Assembly (NCBI GenBank): GCA_040285855.1
Contig: JAUFOQ010000013.1
Span: forward strand, 1,612,001-1,676,000
Direction: 5' to 3'
From: Eukaryota sp. GEM-RC1
Lineage: Eukaryota
Length of the DNA stretch: 64,000 bases
Part shown: piece by piece, positions 38,362-52,633 of the stretch
Position numbering within the stretch: the stretch's first letter is position 1
Layout of the letters: each line of letters begins with the position of its first letter
The notes under the pieces: model-generated
What the model saw: only the letters and a program-made list of their open reading frames with translations
Databases searched by the model: none
Told to the model about the DNA's origin: nothing
Made by a program: the position numbers and the translations under genes

Positions 38362-38742
38362 AACTTGCTTTGATCAGAGATTTGTTTGTTGGAATTTTGA
38401 TCAACGTGCAGAACTAGTTGCACGTGTTGACATACTAAAGACATCAATATTTCGCTATTTGAGTTGGTAAACCACACAAGAAAACACTAATGTTTCTTTT
38501 ATTTACAGTATTCTTCAAAAAAAACTATAGTATTAATAGGACCAGTCGATCCAAATAGAGGAACAACAAAAGGGCGGAACACAAATTCAGATTATGAAAA
38601 CAAATGAGTTTAACTCTACATGTCAAATACAAGTACAGTACTATGTAATACAATGCTTGATATTGACCAATTTATTTCACATGCTATGTGTAAGTCTTAC
38701 AAAATTGAATCATTGTTGAAACACTTATAAGATCTTTAGAAC

Positions 38743-39743
38743 TGATACCTTCAGTACAAAGGGAAATTGAAAGATGTTTATTAATGAATTAAACCAGATA
38801 TGTAACTATACTAATACTTATAGATGGGAGCCGGCTCAAAATTTGCTCACGGCTCAGCTGCAGGCATTAGCCAGCCGGCTGCGGCTTACAACACAGTTTA
38901 GCCAGCTCAAGCCGGCTGAAGCCGGCTCAGCCTCATCGAGTTTTGTTTCGAGTATTTAGGCTAACTGCTTAAAAGTGTTATTGACTTGTTGGTTGATGTA
39001 TCAGTAAAATGATACAGAGCCATTGTTAATGACAACTACACCGAGTATCAGAACGAAACAATACTGATACCATTGATCAGTACATTCCAGTGATTCCATT
39101 TCACTTATTTTTGTGATTATCACTTATAAACTTGACGTTGATCAGTTAGATATTACGGAAATCTGTGAAACAATCGTAACACCACTATGGAATTGGCTGT
39201 CTGCCCAGTGTAGGAAAATAGTAGTACTTTTGAGAAGGAGCTTAATTAGTTCTAAAGAAACAAAGTAGTTAGAAGTTCTCTGACGGACTCCAGGTTGTTT
39301 ACTGTCTTAGATCACAGGTATATCCATTTTATATGGAAGTAAAAGATGTAATAGACATATAACGTGTCAGAAATAGACACTGTGACAATGTACATAAGGC
39401 ACTGAATGTACTATCAGGGCCCCCAAGAAAAACAGTAGGGCAATTATTCGGCACATATCAACAATATTCACCAATTCCATTGTTGCTCAAACGTTGATAA
39501 ACAGCAGTAGCCCTAAATTGTTCTGATAAGCGCTGTAAATGATTATTTTCGATTTCTAAATTCATTATTAGCTGTGTTTTCAGAGAACCTAAAATATTCG
39601 GCTTGAGCCGGCTAAAAATATTTTTAGCCAGCCGGCTTGCAGCTGGAAATATTTCTATTCTGGACCAGTCGGCTGGCTCGGCTAGCTGGCTTAGCCGGCT
39701 AAATTGAGCCGGCTCCCATCTCTACTAATACTTTTGGCTAACA
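38743..39743. mobile_element. Tiny TG...CA insertion (~87 bp of own sequence) with 4-bp TSD GAAC, hosting a hAT element
   Basis: The empty site is visible in the paralogous RLE copy at ~34800. Ends are TGATACC...GGCTAACA. GAAC lies at 38739-38742 and 39744-39747. Confidence 0.65.
38819..39724. mobile_element. Non-autonomous hAT element (906 bp)
   Basis: TIR TA(T/G)AGATGGGAGCCGGCTCAA. TSD CTAATACT at 38811-38818 and 39725-39732. AGCCG/CGGCT subterminal repeats. Confidence 0.92.
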
Positions 39744-40703
39744 GAACCAAATATTAATTGTAATGTCGAAAAACAGAACCAATTTTTTGGTAAACGGAGA
39801 GCAGATGTTGTTGTCCATTCGTCTTCAGACAAATTGTTTGTCGTTGATTTAGTGTTAGTGGATGTTTGTAAAAAGACATCTTTAAAGAATGCTTACTCTG
39901 AAACTCCTCTTTAGACATTCCTGAGCAAGTCAAACAGGATAAGTACAAGAAACTATTGATGGCTTTAAAACATGTTGAATATGAATTATGGCCCGTTGGC
40001 TGTTTCAACTTACGGACTTTTAGGAAAAAATGCATTGAAGTGTTTAACCGATTTCCGAAAAATTCTAAAAAATAGGATGTTCAAACGTTTTGATCATATG
40101 TTATGGTTGAATCGGATCGTTTTTACTATTTCTAAAACAGTTCCCCTAATCATCTCCAAAGCTTTATTAGCAGTGAGTTCCTTTTATGAGGACAAAGCTG
40201 TTGTAAGGTTTGATAGCGACGGGTGTTGTTTTAATGATATCAAATTTTAGTTGTTTGATTTATTACATTTACAATAAAAGTTATATATTTATTACAATAA
40301 AATGGTTCGAGATTACGATGATAATTATCAGTTAAGGTGTAATTCACTATATCATTTTTCTAAGTTCACAAATGAAAATATGCTGTGTTGAAACCAGTAT
40401 AAACAACCTCACCAGTTCTGAAACAGAGACATCAATCAAACTCCACGAATTTGTTATATCTTTTTCTAGGAGGGTTAATTTTTTAAATCGACCAAGGTCC
40501 CTAATAAAGACTGCATTCCAAACCATTAATTCGAAGCTAATACTCCATACACGCTTCTCTGTAAGATTGTTTCGTAAATATTCTACAGTGAGTTTTGATA
40601 TAGACAAGAGCTTTTCTGCTTAAGTGGAGGTTGCTAAAATCGAATTCAAGTTTTAATAAAAGGGTATGTTTGTAGAGGTTTTGAATTAGCTTTGATTACT
40701 TGA

Positions 40704-41130
40704 AAACGATGTGGTTTATGGAACACAAACAGTGAACGAGAACGAAAACTCAATATCTTAAAGGCAACCCCATTGTCATTGAATCGCACAGAACATTTTT
40801 CTTCACAGAAAACCCTAAGAGTTAAAAAGAGCTTTCGAAATCATAACATGAATTGTTTTAAATACTGTATATTGTTGAGACATGATTTTGAGATGAAGTA
40901 CAGGTATTTGTATCTCATTTGTTAATATTGATGAAAGTTTGTATTTGTAAGAGTAAATAAAAGGCGATTTATTATTGTAAGGACAATACGATACAACCAA
41001 TACTTACAATCAAAAATTTTGGAATTGCTATTTTGCCAACTTTTTCAAAATCAGAAAGCAAACAGAGAACATCTTTAAGTCGTCCATAAATTGAAATTGC
41101 AAAAGGACCTAATTTGTACTCAACGTGCAT
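40704..41130 (-). mobile_element. RLE family C-like remnant with ~110-bp internal insertion
   Basis: HVEYKLGPFAISIYGRL...SDFEKV...TVFKTIHVMISKAL. Ends GTTCCATAAACCACATCGTTTT. Confidence 0.7.
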
Positions 41131-41288
41131 AGTGTGTTTGAGAGCAATCAAGGGAACATCGTATATGTTTCTTATATTACTAAAATGATCTCAACTATAC
41201 ATGCAAAATCAAATTTATAATACAAAATATATACAACTAAACACTAATAGAACTACTACTCAGTGTAAAGTTATCCTTTTGTAACAAA

Positions 41289-44200
41289 CTAGTTCTGAAT
41301 GACACTAACTTGAGACAGAACATCTTCAGGAATCATTTCTAGAAATTCCAATGTCATTGATTCTTCTTCCTGTAAATCCTTTAACATTTTCCGGAATACA
41401 AAAATGTAGGAAATTACAAGAACAACAATGAAAGCAATGAAAATAATCAACACATAAGTTGAAAAGAAAGAAACTCTACCAAAAGAGTAATTGTGAAGGT
41501 TATCAATAGATTCCAAAGACATTTCCGAAAGAGTATCATAATCAACTAAAAGATTTGCCAAATCAGGACTAGAATCTGAGTAATCTAGAGACGTGTCTTG
41601 AATGGAAATCAATTCAGCAGAATTAACAAAGTTGATTAAAAGATTATGGAATCCATGATTATCTTCCAAAGTATTGAAAGACCTAGAATTATCATCAAGT
41701 TTACTGTCAAAAAGCAACTTTGTTTGTTCAGAATCACCATCAACGTGATTAACTACCAAAGAATGATGAAGCCTTAAGAGATTACGAAAAGAAATTTGAG
41801 CATTATTTAAAAAATAAAGCTGTTGTTCAGGTTCAACAAATGCAGAAACAATATCATTTGTAGTTCTGGTAATTAACGCGGTTCTTTCGCCATAATCTTG
41901 AATTAACCTAGGTAAAGGTCTAAGTTGAGTACAACCAACAAAGGAACCAAAATAAAACATTGATAAAAGAATAAATAAAACTGAAAGGGAAACAATATAC
42001 TGTTTCGTGTAAGTAACCATTGCCGGGAAGGAAATCTTTTGTTTAACATGCGAGGCTTTTGGTCTTTCTTTAAGTCCAGACAACAAGATGAAGAAGCAAA
42101 AAAGGACAACAGAAACCAATAAACCGATGATCAAATACAATGACAATGCCATATCAAAGACAAATGACGTATCATATTCTCCAACAACGTCCCTCTTCAT
42201 TTCAGCCGTCATTCGTCGAAGTTTTGTAAAAGAATCAAGTAAATCTCTTGTCAATGAATAGTAATATTTTGATGTAAGAATAGCCCTAGACACATTTTTC
42301 AAATATTCAACATCTTTTGCCAAATCAGTTTCTGAGTTACTGAGACTATAACCGTGAGGTAATTTCCAAGTATTTCGTTCACTTAAAGGTAATTGATCAA
42401 TATCCCAAGTAATATTAACTAAAGTTGACAGTTGATATTCAGGAAGATGATAAGTGGACAATTTAGCAATAATCAGTGCACGCTGAACATAATCTGACAA
42501 TCGGTCATCAAGCAAATCTAATTCCTGGACCATACGACGGATAGGTTCATCCATAGCCGGATGAGAGGTTTACTCTCCAGACCTGACCAGACCCATACGC
42601 CATAGCAAACTGAAATAAGAATCTTCACCTACTAGGAAATGATCAAAGTTAGCATCAAAAGCCAACAATTCAATTTGTCTTCTAAAAGCATTGAATCTCC
42701 ACCCAACATTGACTGCTCTTGCAAAAACATTTCGAGATTCAGCAGCCAATGGGATAACATCATTGGTAGCGGTGGATTCAGCAGAGATTGAGAAGTAGAA
42801 GGTTGCAGAATAAGGACGGCAAATACAATTACAAACAAATAGAGTAGAAATCTAGCCACCCTTAAACTTTTCCGATTGAGAAATGAAATAATGATCATAA
42901 TTTGAATAATGATTGAAGTGGCTACTACTGAAATCCAAATAACATGAAAGTGAGAAATCACTTCATCAAATATTTCATAAATGACGCCAAAATACGAATA
43001 GACAATAGTTCTCGAAGTACCATCAACGGTTCCTAAGAAAGATTAATACAAGTTTAACCATCGAGAATTATATAGTGAATTCCTAGCAATATTCAAACGA
43101 TCATCCACTGATTTCTCAAGATTTTGTTCTAAAGTAGAATACCAGACAACATCGTCATGAGCCAATTTGTCTCTGAAATAGCTGGTCTCTGACTGGGCGT
43201 CATAAGTAAAGTTATTAAACCTTGAGCAAAGAGATTCATCGACATCAAATATAGAGCAAATTAGTTTTGCAGAAATAAATTCCAATCTTCTAAACATATT
43301 CGCATAGGATCCGACTGTCGACAAGGCCAATAATTGATCTTCAGTCAAATCAAGAGAAAGAAAAAGCGAAAGTGCTCGCTGCCGTCTCCCAGAATAGATT
43401 AAATCAAAATAGTTGAGTTGAAACTGATCATCACCAAAAGCAGTACATAACTGCATGGCAGATGCCACGTCACGGTCAATCAAGGTCACGTCAGCAGCAG
43501 TGTTTCTAGTGTCAATGGATGTATGGAAAAGAGATCGAATGTCGTCATTGTCATCAGAGAAATCAAATAAGAGATAGATCGCGACGCTACCAAATACGAT
43601 AGCAGATATTGTTAAGCAGATAATTGAAATATTGATGGATTTTGGCAGAGGAACGTGTTTTTCGGTCTGTATTTCTGCGACATCTGACTCTTGAACATCA
43701 AATAGATCATCTGTTTCCATTTCAAATGCAGTAGACCTAGACAAGTCTTCAGAATCAGAATCGTCATCAGATATGACAGTCGCGGAAAGAGTGGACCTGG
43801 ATTTAGATTTCTTTTGTTTTCTCATGTAATCAAATTTAGAATCCTGTAACAATTTTTGAACTTCTTTTTGTGGGATGTACAAGAACAAATTTAAAATGGC
43901 AGTGCGTTCATCCATAATTTTAGCAAAAGATCTTGCAAAAGTACATATCCAATAATTTATGTAACAATTAAAATTGAAATATTCATCAAAATTTGAATGA
44001 AAAAAGACACTGTGAAAAACGTGTCAGAATCGGAAACCAGCCAATCATAAACATGTTCAATTGCATTAGAAAACCCGATCAAACTTCCCCTTATATTGGC
44101 CAAATTTTCAAAATCTAAAGAATTTCCAGAATCCAAAATTTTACCAGCACGACTGCTATGCAATGCTTGTGCAAGTCCAATTGTCCAAGCAGAAAGAACT

Positions 44201-46516
44201 CGAGCTTCTTCAATTGGAGGAATAAAGTTATAAACAAAAACTAAAGGAAAACGTAAAATTCTCATTTCTGTTTGTAATTCACTAGAAGGAGGTTCAATTG
44301 ATCTACCATTGGATCGTGGACAAGGAAGATCAGTGTAATCGTCATCAAAAGGATCTAATAAAGTTAGTCGTATCAAATGAAAGGATAAATGTTCAGATTC
44401 CTTCATTAAAATATTGGCAAAATTATGAGTGTTTTGCTCATTTAAATTTAAAAAAACACGTCCTGCAGTTAATCCAAGTAACTCAGAAACTGAATGAGCA
44501 TGGGAAAGTTCATACAATTGGTCAACTCTATCCGAAACTGAAGACAGAACGTTGGCAGAGAGGAGGTATGAAGCGACAGCAATTATGGTCATAATTATTA
44601 AAGCAACTACTACTGAGAATCTAAGAACAGAAATAGCACTTTTCTCAGAATCCTGGCCACTTGAACTAGTCATTGAGTCGAGATTGAACTTTATACTTCT
44701 TCTTTTTTCTTTCTTTCCAGGTTTAGAAAAGGAGACAGACCCAGAATGAGATCCCGCACCTTGACTTGAACTCTTTCCACTAGAACAAAGCATCTGAGCT
44801 TGTTCTTCTAGTACAGCAGCTCGTTCTTCGTCACATTCAACTTCTCTAACAAAAGCGGTGTGTAAGAAGTGAGTAATGATTGTTGATCTCCATGTTGATG
44901 AAGTAATTTGTTGAAGTTTAATACAATAGTCTGTTTACTCTTGTGAACTTTACCCAGAATTGAAGGCAACAATGATAGGTCAACTTTAGGCTTTGTCAAT
45001 ACGTTCCAAAAAGCGTACAATCCATCAAGACAATCACGATGAAGGTTAGTTAAATGACGTTGTTGCCGTTGAAAATGAAGGAAAGATGACGTGTCGACGT
45101 CATGACCAGTTGATTGTTGTCTTCTGAGGGCTTCAAGCTGTTGAATTCTACGAGAAATCATAAGAGATTCGTCAGGTTTAAAGTCAGCGTCAAGAGTTTT
45201 AATAGTGCTTAAAGTAACGGTAGCACCAATTGGGTCTTTCAAAAGGTTAATTTCAAACAGAAACTTTAGACATAAAAACATTACATCTTCAGCAAAGAAA
45301 CGTTCTCCAAATGAATAAAGAGATTTCACTGTAAGGGTAAGCTCACTTTTCAAAGGTTTAGGTTGGAGAACACGTGATAGTAGGTCAAAATAGTAAAGAT
45401 TAATGAATTTTTTCGGAAAATGAGGAGAGAAGTCATAACCATCAAGATCATCACCTGGAGCATCATCAACAATCAAACCTTTTTCAATCAATTCTTGATT
45501 GATTGAGAATACTGTGGAAAAGATCGTGTAAATTCGTCTCTTCATAATTACGTACCAAACCCCGCCAAAAATAGCAAATAACGGAAGATATAGTAATAAG
45601 TTTACTACTTTTCATTAGATACGGTAATTAGAGAATTAATAATAAATCCAATTGCAGTACCAATCCAAATACCTAACATTGACATTTGTAAGCAGTTTGC
45701 ACTTCTTTTGTAAAATGGAACGTAATTGAAAAGTTTGTAAGAGAGAAAGATAGGGACAAGTAGGTAGGAAACTCTAAATAGCCAGAATCGAGAATGAAGA
45801 ATGAAGAATATTACCAAAAAATAAGTAAATGAGATCAGATACCAAAAACAGAAGCGGTTATGAGATCGAGCAAAACTCCTCTTAGAAACTGGTGAGTCAT
45901 CATAGAACACGATCCAAGCAAGAGCAAGACAGAACAACATCACAGAGCCCAGTAGTGCTACAGACCTGTAGAAGAGAGAGATAGAGGAGAGACAGTTGCC
46001 GGTGATACCTTCTTCAAAGGTGATACCAGTAGGATCAAAGGACCGTCCACATGGAATGAAGGAGAGGAATAGAGACATTAAGGGAATGTAGAGAATGGTG
46101 ATGACTAGTTCAAGGGAGATACGGAGAGCGATCGTAACTGCAGCGTTGCTGTAGGAATTGGTGGAGTTCCAGTAGCAAACAGCACTAAAGAGAGCAACTA
46201 ATAGCAAGATCACGACGGAAAGGGTCAGCAGGAGGGCCGGTCCGGAAGCTCCTGACCAAGAACTGTAAACAGGAAGAGATACATACTGGAGGATAGGCTG
46301 TAAATCAAACACTTCATGAAACACCGTCTTGCGGAGAACAAAGCCCAATATTTGGATAAACTGGACTAGCAGTAGTACATAAGACCACACATTATGATGC
46401 AGCTTCACAGATCGATGTAAAAACCCACCTCCAGAAAGAGGCGATAGAATCCAAGATTGGAGACCCTTGGCATCTGTGGATCCCAAACCCGCGGTTGACT
46501 GGGATGTTTGACTCAT
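41289..46516 (-). CDS. TmcB-like multi-pass membrane protein, full length (multiple frameshifts)
   Basis: Six collinear ORFs. N-terminal TM block VQFIQILG, LYIPL, ARSHNR, VPFY; TPR-like middle region; no recognisable PAS domain; C-terminal LEMIP motif. Likely start MSQTSQS. Confidence 0.78.
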
Positions 46517-47712
46517 GCTAGTGTGAGAGACACGATTGATAACGTACCAGGTTGAAGATAGATTAGATTTTGGCTTTTGACCAGCATGTGAATTCCAAGA
46601 CACTGTTGGTTTCCCATTACCATCATCTTTCACTCTTTCAAACCTTCTGCATCATCTTCAGATAGTGCTCCTTTGCTCCATTTCCTGTGTGATACTTTCC
46701 TGCCATTTTTGCAACATTTTTCTTTCTTGGATCGGTCATTTCTTTCGTCCTAACATGTCTTATTTAAATATCACGTTGGCTCCGGACATCAAGGACCAGT
46801 GTCTTTACAACATTGTTTCCGCCATATCTACGTTGCCTTTCTGTCCATAGACATCAGTTCGTCCTGTAACATCACGTTAGCAACAACGTTATAAACTCCC
46901 TCAAGCAACTGAGACTTCACTTTCGTGGATCTTATGCCGTCCAAAATCACAGTTTCTCTTGGAACAATGTTCTAAGATTTGTTCCTAGCGTTAGAATCCT
47001 AGCTTTCTTTGTTGCAGTTGTTTTTCGTATGTGTTTTATCTACATGTATGTGCATATAAACAAGATCTCACAGATCATCTCTCAACTATTCTATGCAACA
47101 TAGAGAAGGACATCCGATCTTCGGTGTAAATCAATGATACAGACATTGGTGGCAGACTTGATTGCAAAGACGATCTTATACTGGTTCTATTAATTTCTTC
47201 ATCATCATTTGTTCCTTAAAGAACTCCGTCTCGATGATACATTAACATCCTTTCAAAAGATCCTCTAAGGAGCCTTTCCGAATGCGATTGTGCTGGTCAT
47301 CAGCCACAATCCGAATCTTTCGATGATCACATTTCTGTTGTCATAAAAATACCATCTGTAATATGCTCCGAAGCAATACAATTGAATTATCCAAACATTA
47401 CTGATATTTGTTGTCAGTGAGCTATAACAGCTGCTAATTGCAATCGTTTTTATAGCTATTAATCTGTGTAAGGTTAATGATATCGGTTCTATTTTCCAAC
47501 GATAATCGTGATCTTCATAACTGTTGGATATCTAGAGTCATGTTCAACAGTAGTAATGATTCGTGTTGAACGTTGAAACCGACAGTACGGAACGCATACC
47601 GTATATACGTACGGTGAGGTTCATTAAGGTATATTCCAAGATCTAGATAATGATAGACTAGAGCATGTAAGAAATAACAACAATTTTATCATACATATTT
47701 AAAATAAGTTAG

Positions 47713-50700
47713 TTATTCTGCTGCTGATTCAGCATCACTAACTGAATCCTTTGTTTCAACGACATTTTCTTCTTCACCTTTTTCAATTACATTTTCCTCA
47801 TGAACTGGCTCTTGTTCTTCAACCACAGACTCTTCTTCACGTTCCTCAACTACTGGTTTAGAGCTCACAGACTTATCAGGAACAAATCCCTTCTTGCGTT
47901 GTTTGGCTTTCTTCAGCATAGCAATGGATGGGGGATCAACATACAAAGAATCAGTGATATCACGCCTCTTTTTGGCCCAATCTAGTGATTTCTGAGCTGT
48001 TGAATGGAATACGGGTTTCATTTTGATCGTCTGCTTAACTAACTCTTGCCGTTTTTGTTTCTGACTCTCAATCAAAGCATCCATCTGAGCTTTTTTCTCA
48101 ATCTCTTTCTTCTTTCGTTTTTCCTCTCTTTTCTTAATCTTAATAGCCAATTTTCGTTGGAATTCTGCTTGTTTCTGACTAAACTCATCATGAAACTCCA
48201 TTAGAATGTTTTCTTGAACTTGAGATCGTTCTTGCTTGCTTTGTTTGACTCCGAAGCTTTTGCCGTTCCCTTTTACGCAAATCACGTGTTTCAGAAGGAA
48301 TTTTAAAATGTTTGTCATTATACTTACTACTGTAAATATCGACTCTTTTCATTTGTTCAGCAAACGAGAGAACGACAGATGCATTAGATAATTGCTGTTT
48401 GAGAGCCGTATTTCGATTTTTTAATTTTTCGATTTGTTTCTGTCTTTTCGTCGTTCCCTCTCTTCTTCCATTCTTCTTTTATTTTCAATTTCTTCTTGGT
48501 GAAGTTCATAAGCGGAGGATCGAGATCTTCTTGCTTCTCGCTGTTGGTTAATCATACTGGAGAAATCTGCCAGTTTACCAGTCAAATGCATGCGGAGAAT
48601 TGATCGATCTGAGACTTTTGAGCTGTCGAGCCCAGAAATATTGAAAATTTCAGAACATTTACAGGGTGTTGATGTCTGAGCATCAATATCAAGCTGTCTC
48701 ATCAAGAAACTATTTAATCTGCGATGGCGGTCAACTTTGGCAACTATGACATCAGCAGGGTCATTATTGTTTGGACTTTTCTTGACTTTGATTTTCTTTA
48801 AAGGTATTTTAGCGATTGTTAGTGAGTTTTCAACTAAAGGTTGTAAAATATCAGACAAAATTTGTTCGGCGGGATGTTTGGAACCTGTAGATTTCAAATT
48901 TTCAACAAAAATATAAAATTCCGGTGAAGCCACTTCAAAATCTTCAAAATCGTCCAATTGACTGACATCATCTAAATCATTAACCCACCTATCCCACTGT
49001 CGCTGAGCCCTTCTTTCTTCCTTTTTCTTGTCAATCTCAATCAAATCACCTGCCTCTTTCCTTGATTTACGTCCATTACTTGTTTTAGTTGATTCTGTTC
49101 GTTGATGACGTATTCTGGCCAAAGCTCGTAATAAAGCGGCATTTCGTTCCTTTTCTTTCTCTTTAAACTCACGTTCTTCAAGAGATTTCTCACGACGTTT
49201 CTCAATCATTTCATTAATGACCCTTTGTTGACGTTGAGCATAGACTTTTGACCGTTCTTTTTGAACACGTGTATCAGGACGTGTTTTCATCAACACGTTA
49301 TCATTATCACGTCGATGTTGAACTTTTGGAGTGATTTCGAGGGGCTTTTTGGAAATCCATTGTAGCAACGTTTCCTTATCAAAAATGATTGATTTTGGAA
49401 AGATGGGATCACCTTCCGCTTGAACTTGCGGTAGCATAATAGCATTAATTTCAAAAGAAGACTCAACATCATCAAAGACATCATCAACGTCGGACCGTTC
49501 GTCATCAATCATAACGTCATCGAGGTCAACTTCCATTTTTGAACAATAAATCTGATTGGTTTCAGAATTGATGAAAAGAGAGAGTCATTGACTTGTGGGA
49601 TATAACTAGATAAATCAGCTAATAGGAAGGAATCACGTTTTCGGAAGGCAGTCAAAAATGATAGTAAACTGTTATCAGCCTCTGATGATTTTGATTTACT
49701 TGTCAATCTTGTTTTCATTCTAATATATTCTTCAATCAAAGTCAGAATTGATTGATTACATGAGTGAGAAAGGTGAGCAGAAAGAACACATGAAATGAAG
49801 ACAACAGAGTTTTTGATTTGGTCCTCAGACCAATCACTTTTCCAGTGATCAATCAAATTTTTGATTGATTCGATAACAATTGATTGAAATCTGTCTGTGT
49901 CGGAAGAGTCGAGAATCATCCGTTTAACGAGAAATCCGATAATTAAAATTTGTTGCCGATTATTTCCACTGGTACACAGGTGAGGAACCATAGTGGACAA
50001 TAATTTAAATAATTCAAAAACATCAACATTCGCCTTAACTTGAATTAACTTAAGATAAAATCGTAATTCTGATAGATAAACAGCACATTCCACGTGTTTT
50101 CTTCTCAAGTCAACCAGACTTTTAAAGACCAAATTGACTGGAATAGAAGTCACAGAATTCAACAACAGAGTAATAGAATCTAAAATCAAACTTCTAATTT
50201 CAGGCGCCATCCAATACTGTAACAAAGCACGTACTAAAGCTGAAAAAAAGAAGGGGCCAAGAATAGCAGAGTTGTTAAGAGAACTATTTGGAGAATTCAA
50301 ACAGAAATCTAATAGATTAAAACAACGTTTAATTCCTTCAATAATGAGTTCGGGTTCATTGAAATTTGTTGGAAATATTGAATAATTCATAACATCAGTT
50401 ACAACAACACCCAAGGAACCAGGAAGACATCCCGAACAGTTAATCCATAGCCAACACAATAGTTTTAAGCAAGAGCAACGTGTTTTGATTGATTTCTGAC
50501 TGTTGACGATTCTATCACGTGTATAATCAATCAAAGATAATGGGATCGATGATTGTTCAAAGTATTCTTTGTTTGGACCATTGACAACGACAGGAAGTAG
50601 AACTAGCAGAAATTCAATAAATGAGGAATTACAGGAAAAAAAGTTTCTGATTGAATGAGCTGATGATGGTGATAGGAAACGGTCATAATCAAGGGACAAA

Positions 50701-51986
50701 ATAGAGTCCACTAGGGAAACAAACGTGTTTTTGGCGTTTTCTGAAACGTGATCAATTTGATTGAGGGTTAATAACCCCATAATGAATACAAAGAGACCAC
50801 TTTCCAAAGTCACGTCACCAAGAGAAAGTGATGACACCGTATTTAGAAACAACGAAATACTGGGGGTCAACAACCACGAAATGAACACGTTTAAAGCATT
50901 AGACTCTGGATTGCTCAACAAAAGTCTTCTAATAAGCTCAGAAATCAAAATACATCCCTTGACTGACAAGGAAACAGCGCTTTTAGTACAAGTTTCAGCT
51001 AATCCACTGGGCAAAGTAGATGAGAACTTGGAAGCGATCAAACATGGAGCTACTACTGATAGTAGAAGGGGCAACTCAGCTTCTGGGTCACGTGATATGA
51101 AGGAGATGACGTGATCAATGTTTGTGAAAATGGCGGAAATGAAGGATTCGACTCTGGTCCATCGGGAGAGATGAAAGTCTTGTAATGTGAGTCTGTCGAT
51201 TGATGACGTGTTGATTGAGCCTTCTCCGATTGAGAAGAGCGCACTGATGACGTGGCGTTGACTGGTTAGGAACATACCTGCCTTTTTTGAGGAAATTGAA
51301 AAGGAGTTTGATAGAATGCATGTCAGAAAATCAAGGGTAGTTTTGTGAATTGATGGAGTTGTAGACGTCACCACACGTGTTGATAGCTTTGATGGTTCAA
51401 ACACATCGAGTAGAGGAGAGTGGAAACACGGCAAAAAGTCCGAAAAGTCGACTTTCACCTGTTCTAAATCACTTTCAGCTAGACCCGGGGTGGGGGTGGG
51501 TTCATACCGGAGGTGACCCTTGGGGAAAAGGATGGGGACTTGGCGAGAAGGAATGTGGGAGAGGTCAAGGTTTCGCTTAACGGAAAGCTGTTGGATGATG
51601 AGCTTGTTGGCAGATTTGTGGATTTCTTCGCAGATCTTAATGACGAGGGAGATGTCGCCTTGGAGGACTAATTGGAAAGCTTTGTCAGGGATGGAGAGAG
51701 AAAAGAGTTGTTGAATGGAGGAGCATATGAGGTTCCAGTTGTGAGACTTGGCAGAGTCGGATGATAGTTCTAGAAGGGAGGCAAATGATATTTTGTCTGT
51801 GAAGTTGTACGTGTGGATGAGGGAACTGAGTTGTTTTCCCAGTATGAGACCATTCAAGAAACGAGGAAGGAAAGATTCATTGACTAGACATTTGTCTTGA
51901 TCGGCTACTGTAACAGCTGAGTCGGAAGGAAGTGTTCCATAGTCAACGAACCAGTGGAAGAGTTCAATAGGAACAGATAGTGACAT
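47713..51986 (-). CDS. Large protein: N-terminal CH-like domain, helical repeats, charged coiled-coil tail (frameshifted)
   Basis: FLNGLILG...AKSHNWNLICSSI...VLQGDISLV resembles SPEF1-type CH domains. ORFs 49509-51986, 48421-49536 and 47713-48318 are bridged by an open frame across 48320-48420. Confidence 0.6.
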
Positions 51987-52302
51987 TAGCTAATAACTTA
52001 TAAATATCTAACAGGAGAGGAAACTTTTCACCAATAAAACTTCTGATGCACTATAATGCCAAAATCAACGAGTCTCCATTTTGTATCAGCTTGTTTTTTG
52101 TCTGGTACTAGACTGAGGAAGGTGCTATACTGGAAATTGTAGATGGTAATCACATATAGCATTGTTGTGTATCATCGTGCAATGAGACAGTGATTGAAAC
52201 TACAAACTGTGATTCTACTTGGCTTCAACTTTAAGTACTGTTTAACAACATTTAGATCCCTTTAAGACATAGAATATGTATAAGTATGAACATTTCCATT
52301 TC

Positions 52303-52633
52303 TTTATGGAACAAAAACACTAAAATAAACATAAATACTAGAATTCAATATAATTAAAGCAACAATCATTGCCATTAAAACTCACATCAGCTTTTTCTTC
52401 ATAAAAAACACTGAGAGGTAATAGAGCTTTTGAAATCATGATAGGAATTGTTTTAAATTTTGTAAAAACAATACGATTCAACCAAAATTTGAAGTCAAAT
52501 TTCATGTGCATTCTTTTTTTTGGACCACTTTCTCAAAATCAGAGAGAAAACAAAGAGCTTCTCTACCAAGTCGACCATAAATTGAAATTGTAAAAGGACA
52601 TAATTTGTACTCAACATGTCTAAAATGTTTGAG
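52303..52633 (-). mobile_element. RLE family C-like remnant
   Basis: HVEYKLCPFTISIYGRLGREALCFLSDFEKV...FWLNRIVF...ISKALL...CCFNYIEF*. Ends GTTTTTGTTCCATAAA. Confidence 0.78.

Larger units (their letters stand above)
38678..40270 (+). mobile_element. RLE family C remnant interrupted at 38743-39743
   Basis: 38678-38742 and 39744-40256 rejoin to match 34741-35326 closely. Confidence 0.85.

Noticed and set aside
40347..40623. Short ORFs on both strands between two RLE remnants
   Set aside because: No recognisable motif or repeat partner; left uncalled.
41271..41291. In-frame TAG where the paralogue has Tyr (IQN*FVTKG vs IQNYFVTHR), suggesting stop-codon reassignment
   Set aside because: Single case, and TAG ends other genes here (20896, 21360, 22734). 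More likely a point mutation or base-call error.
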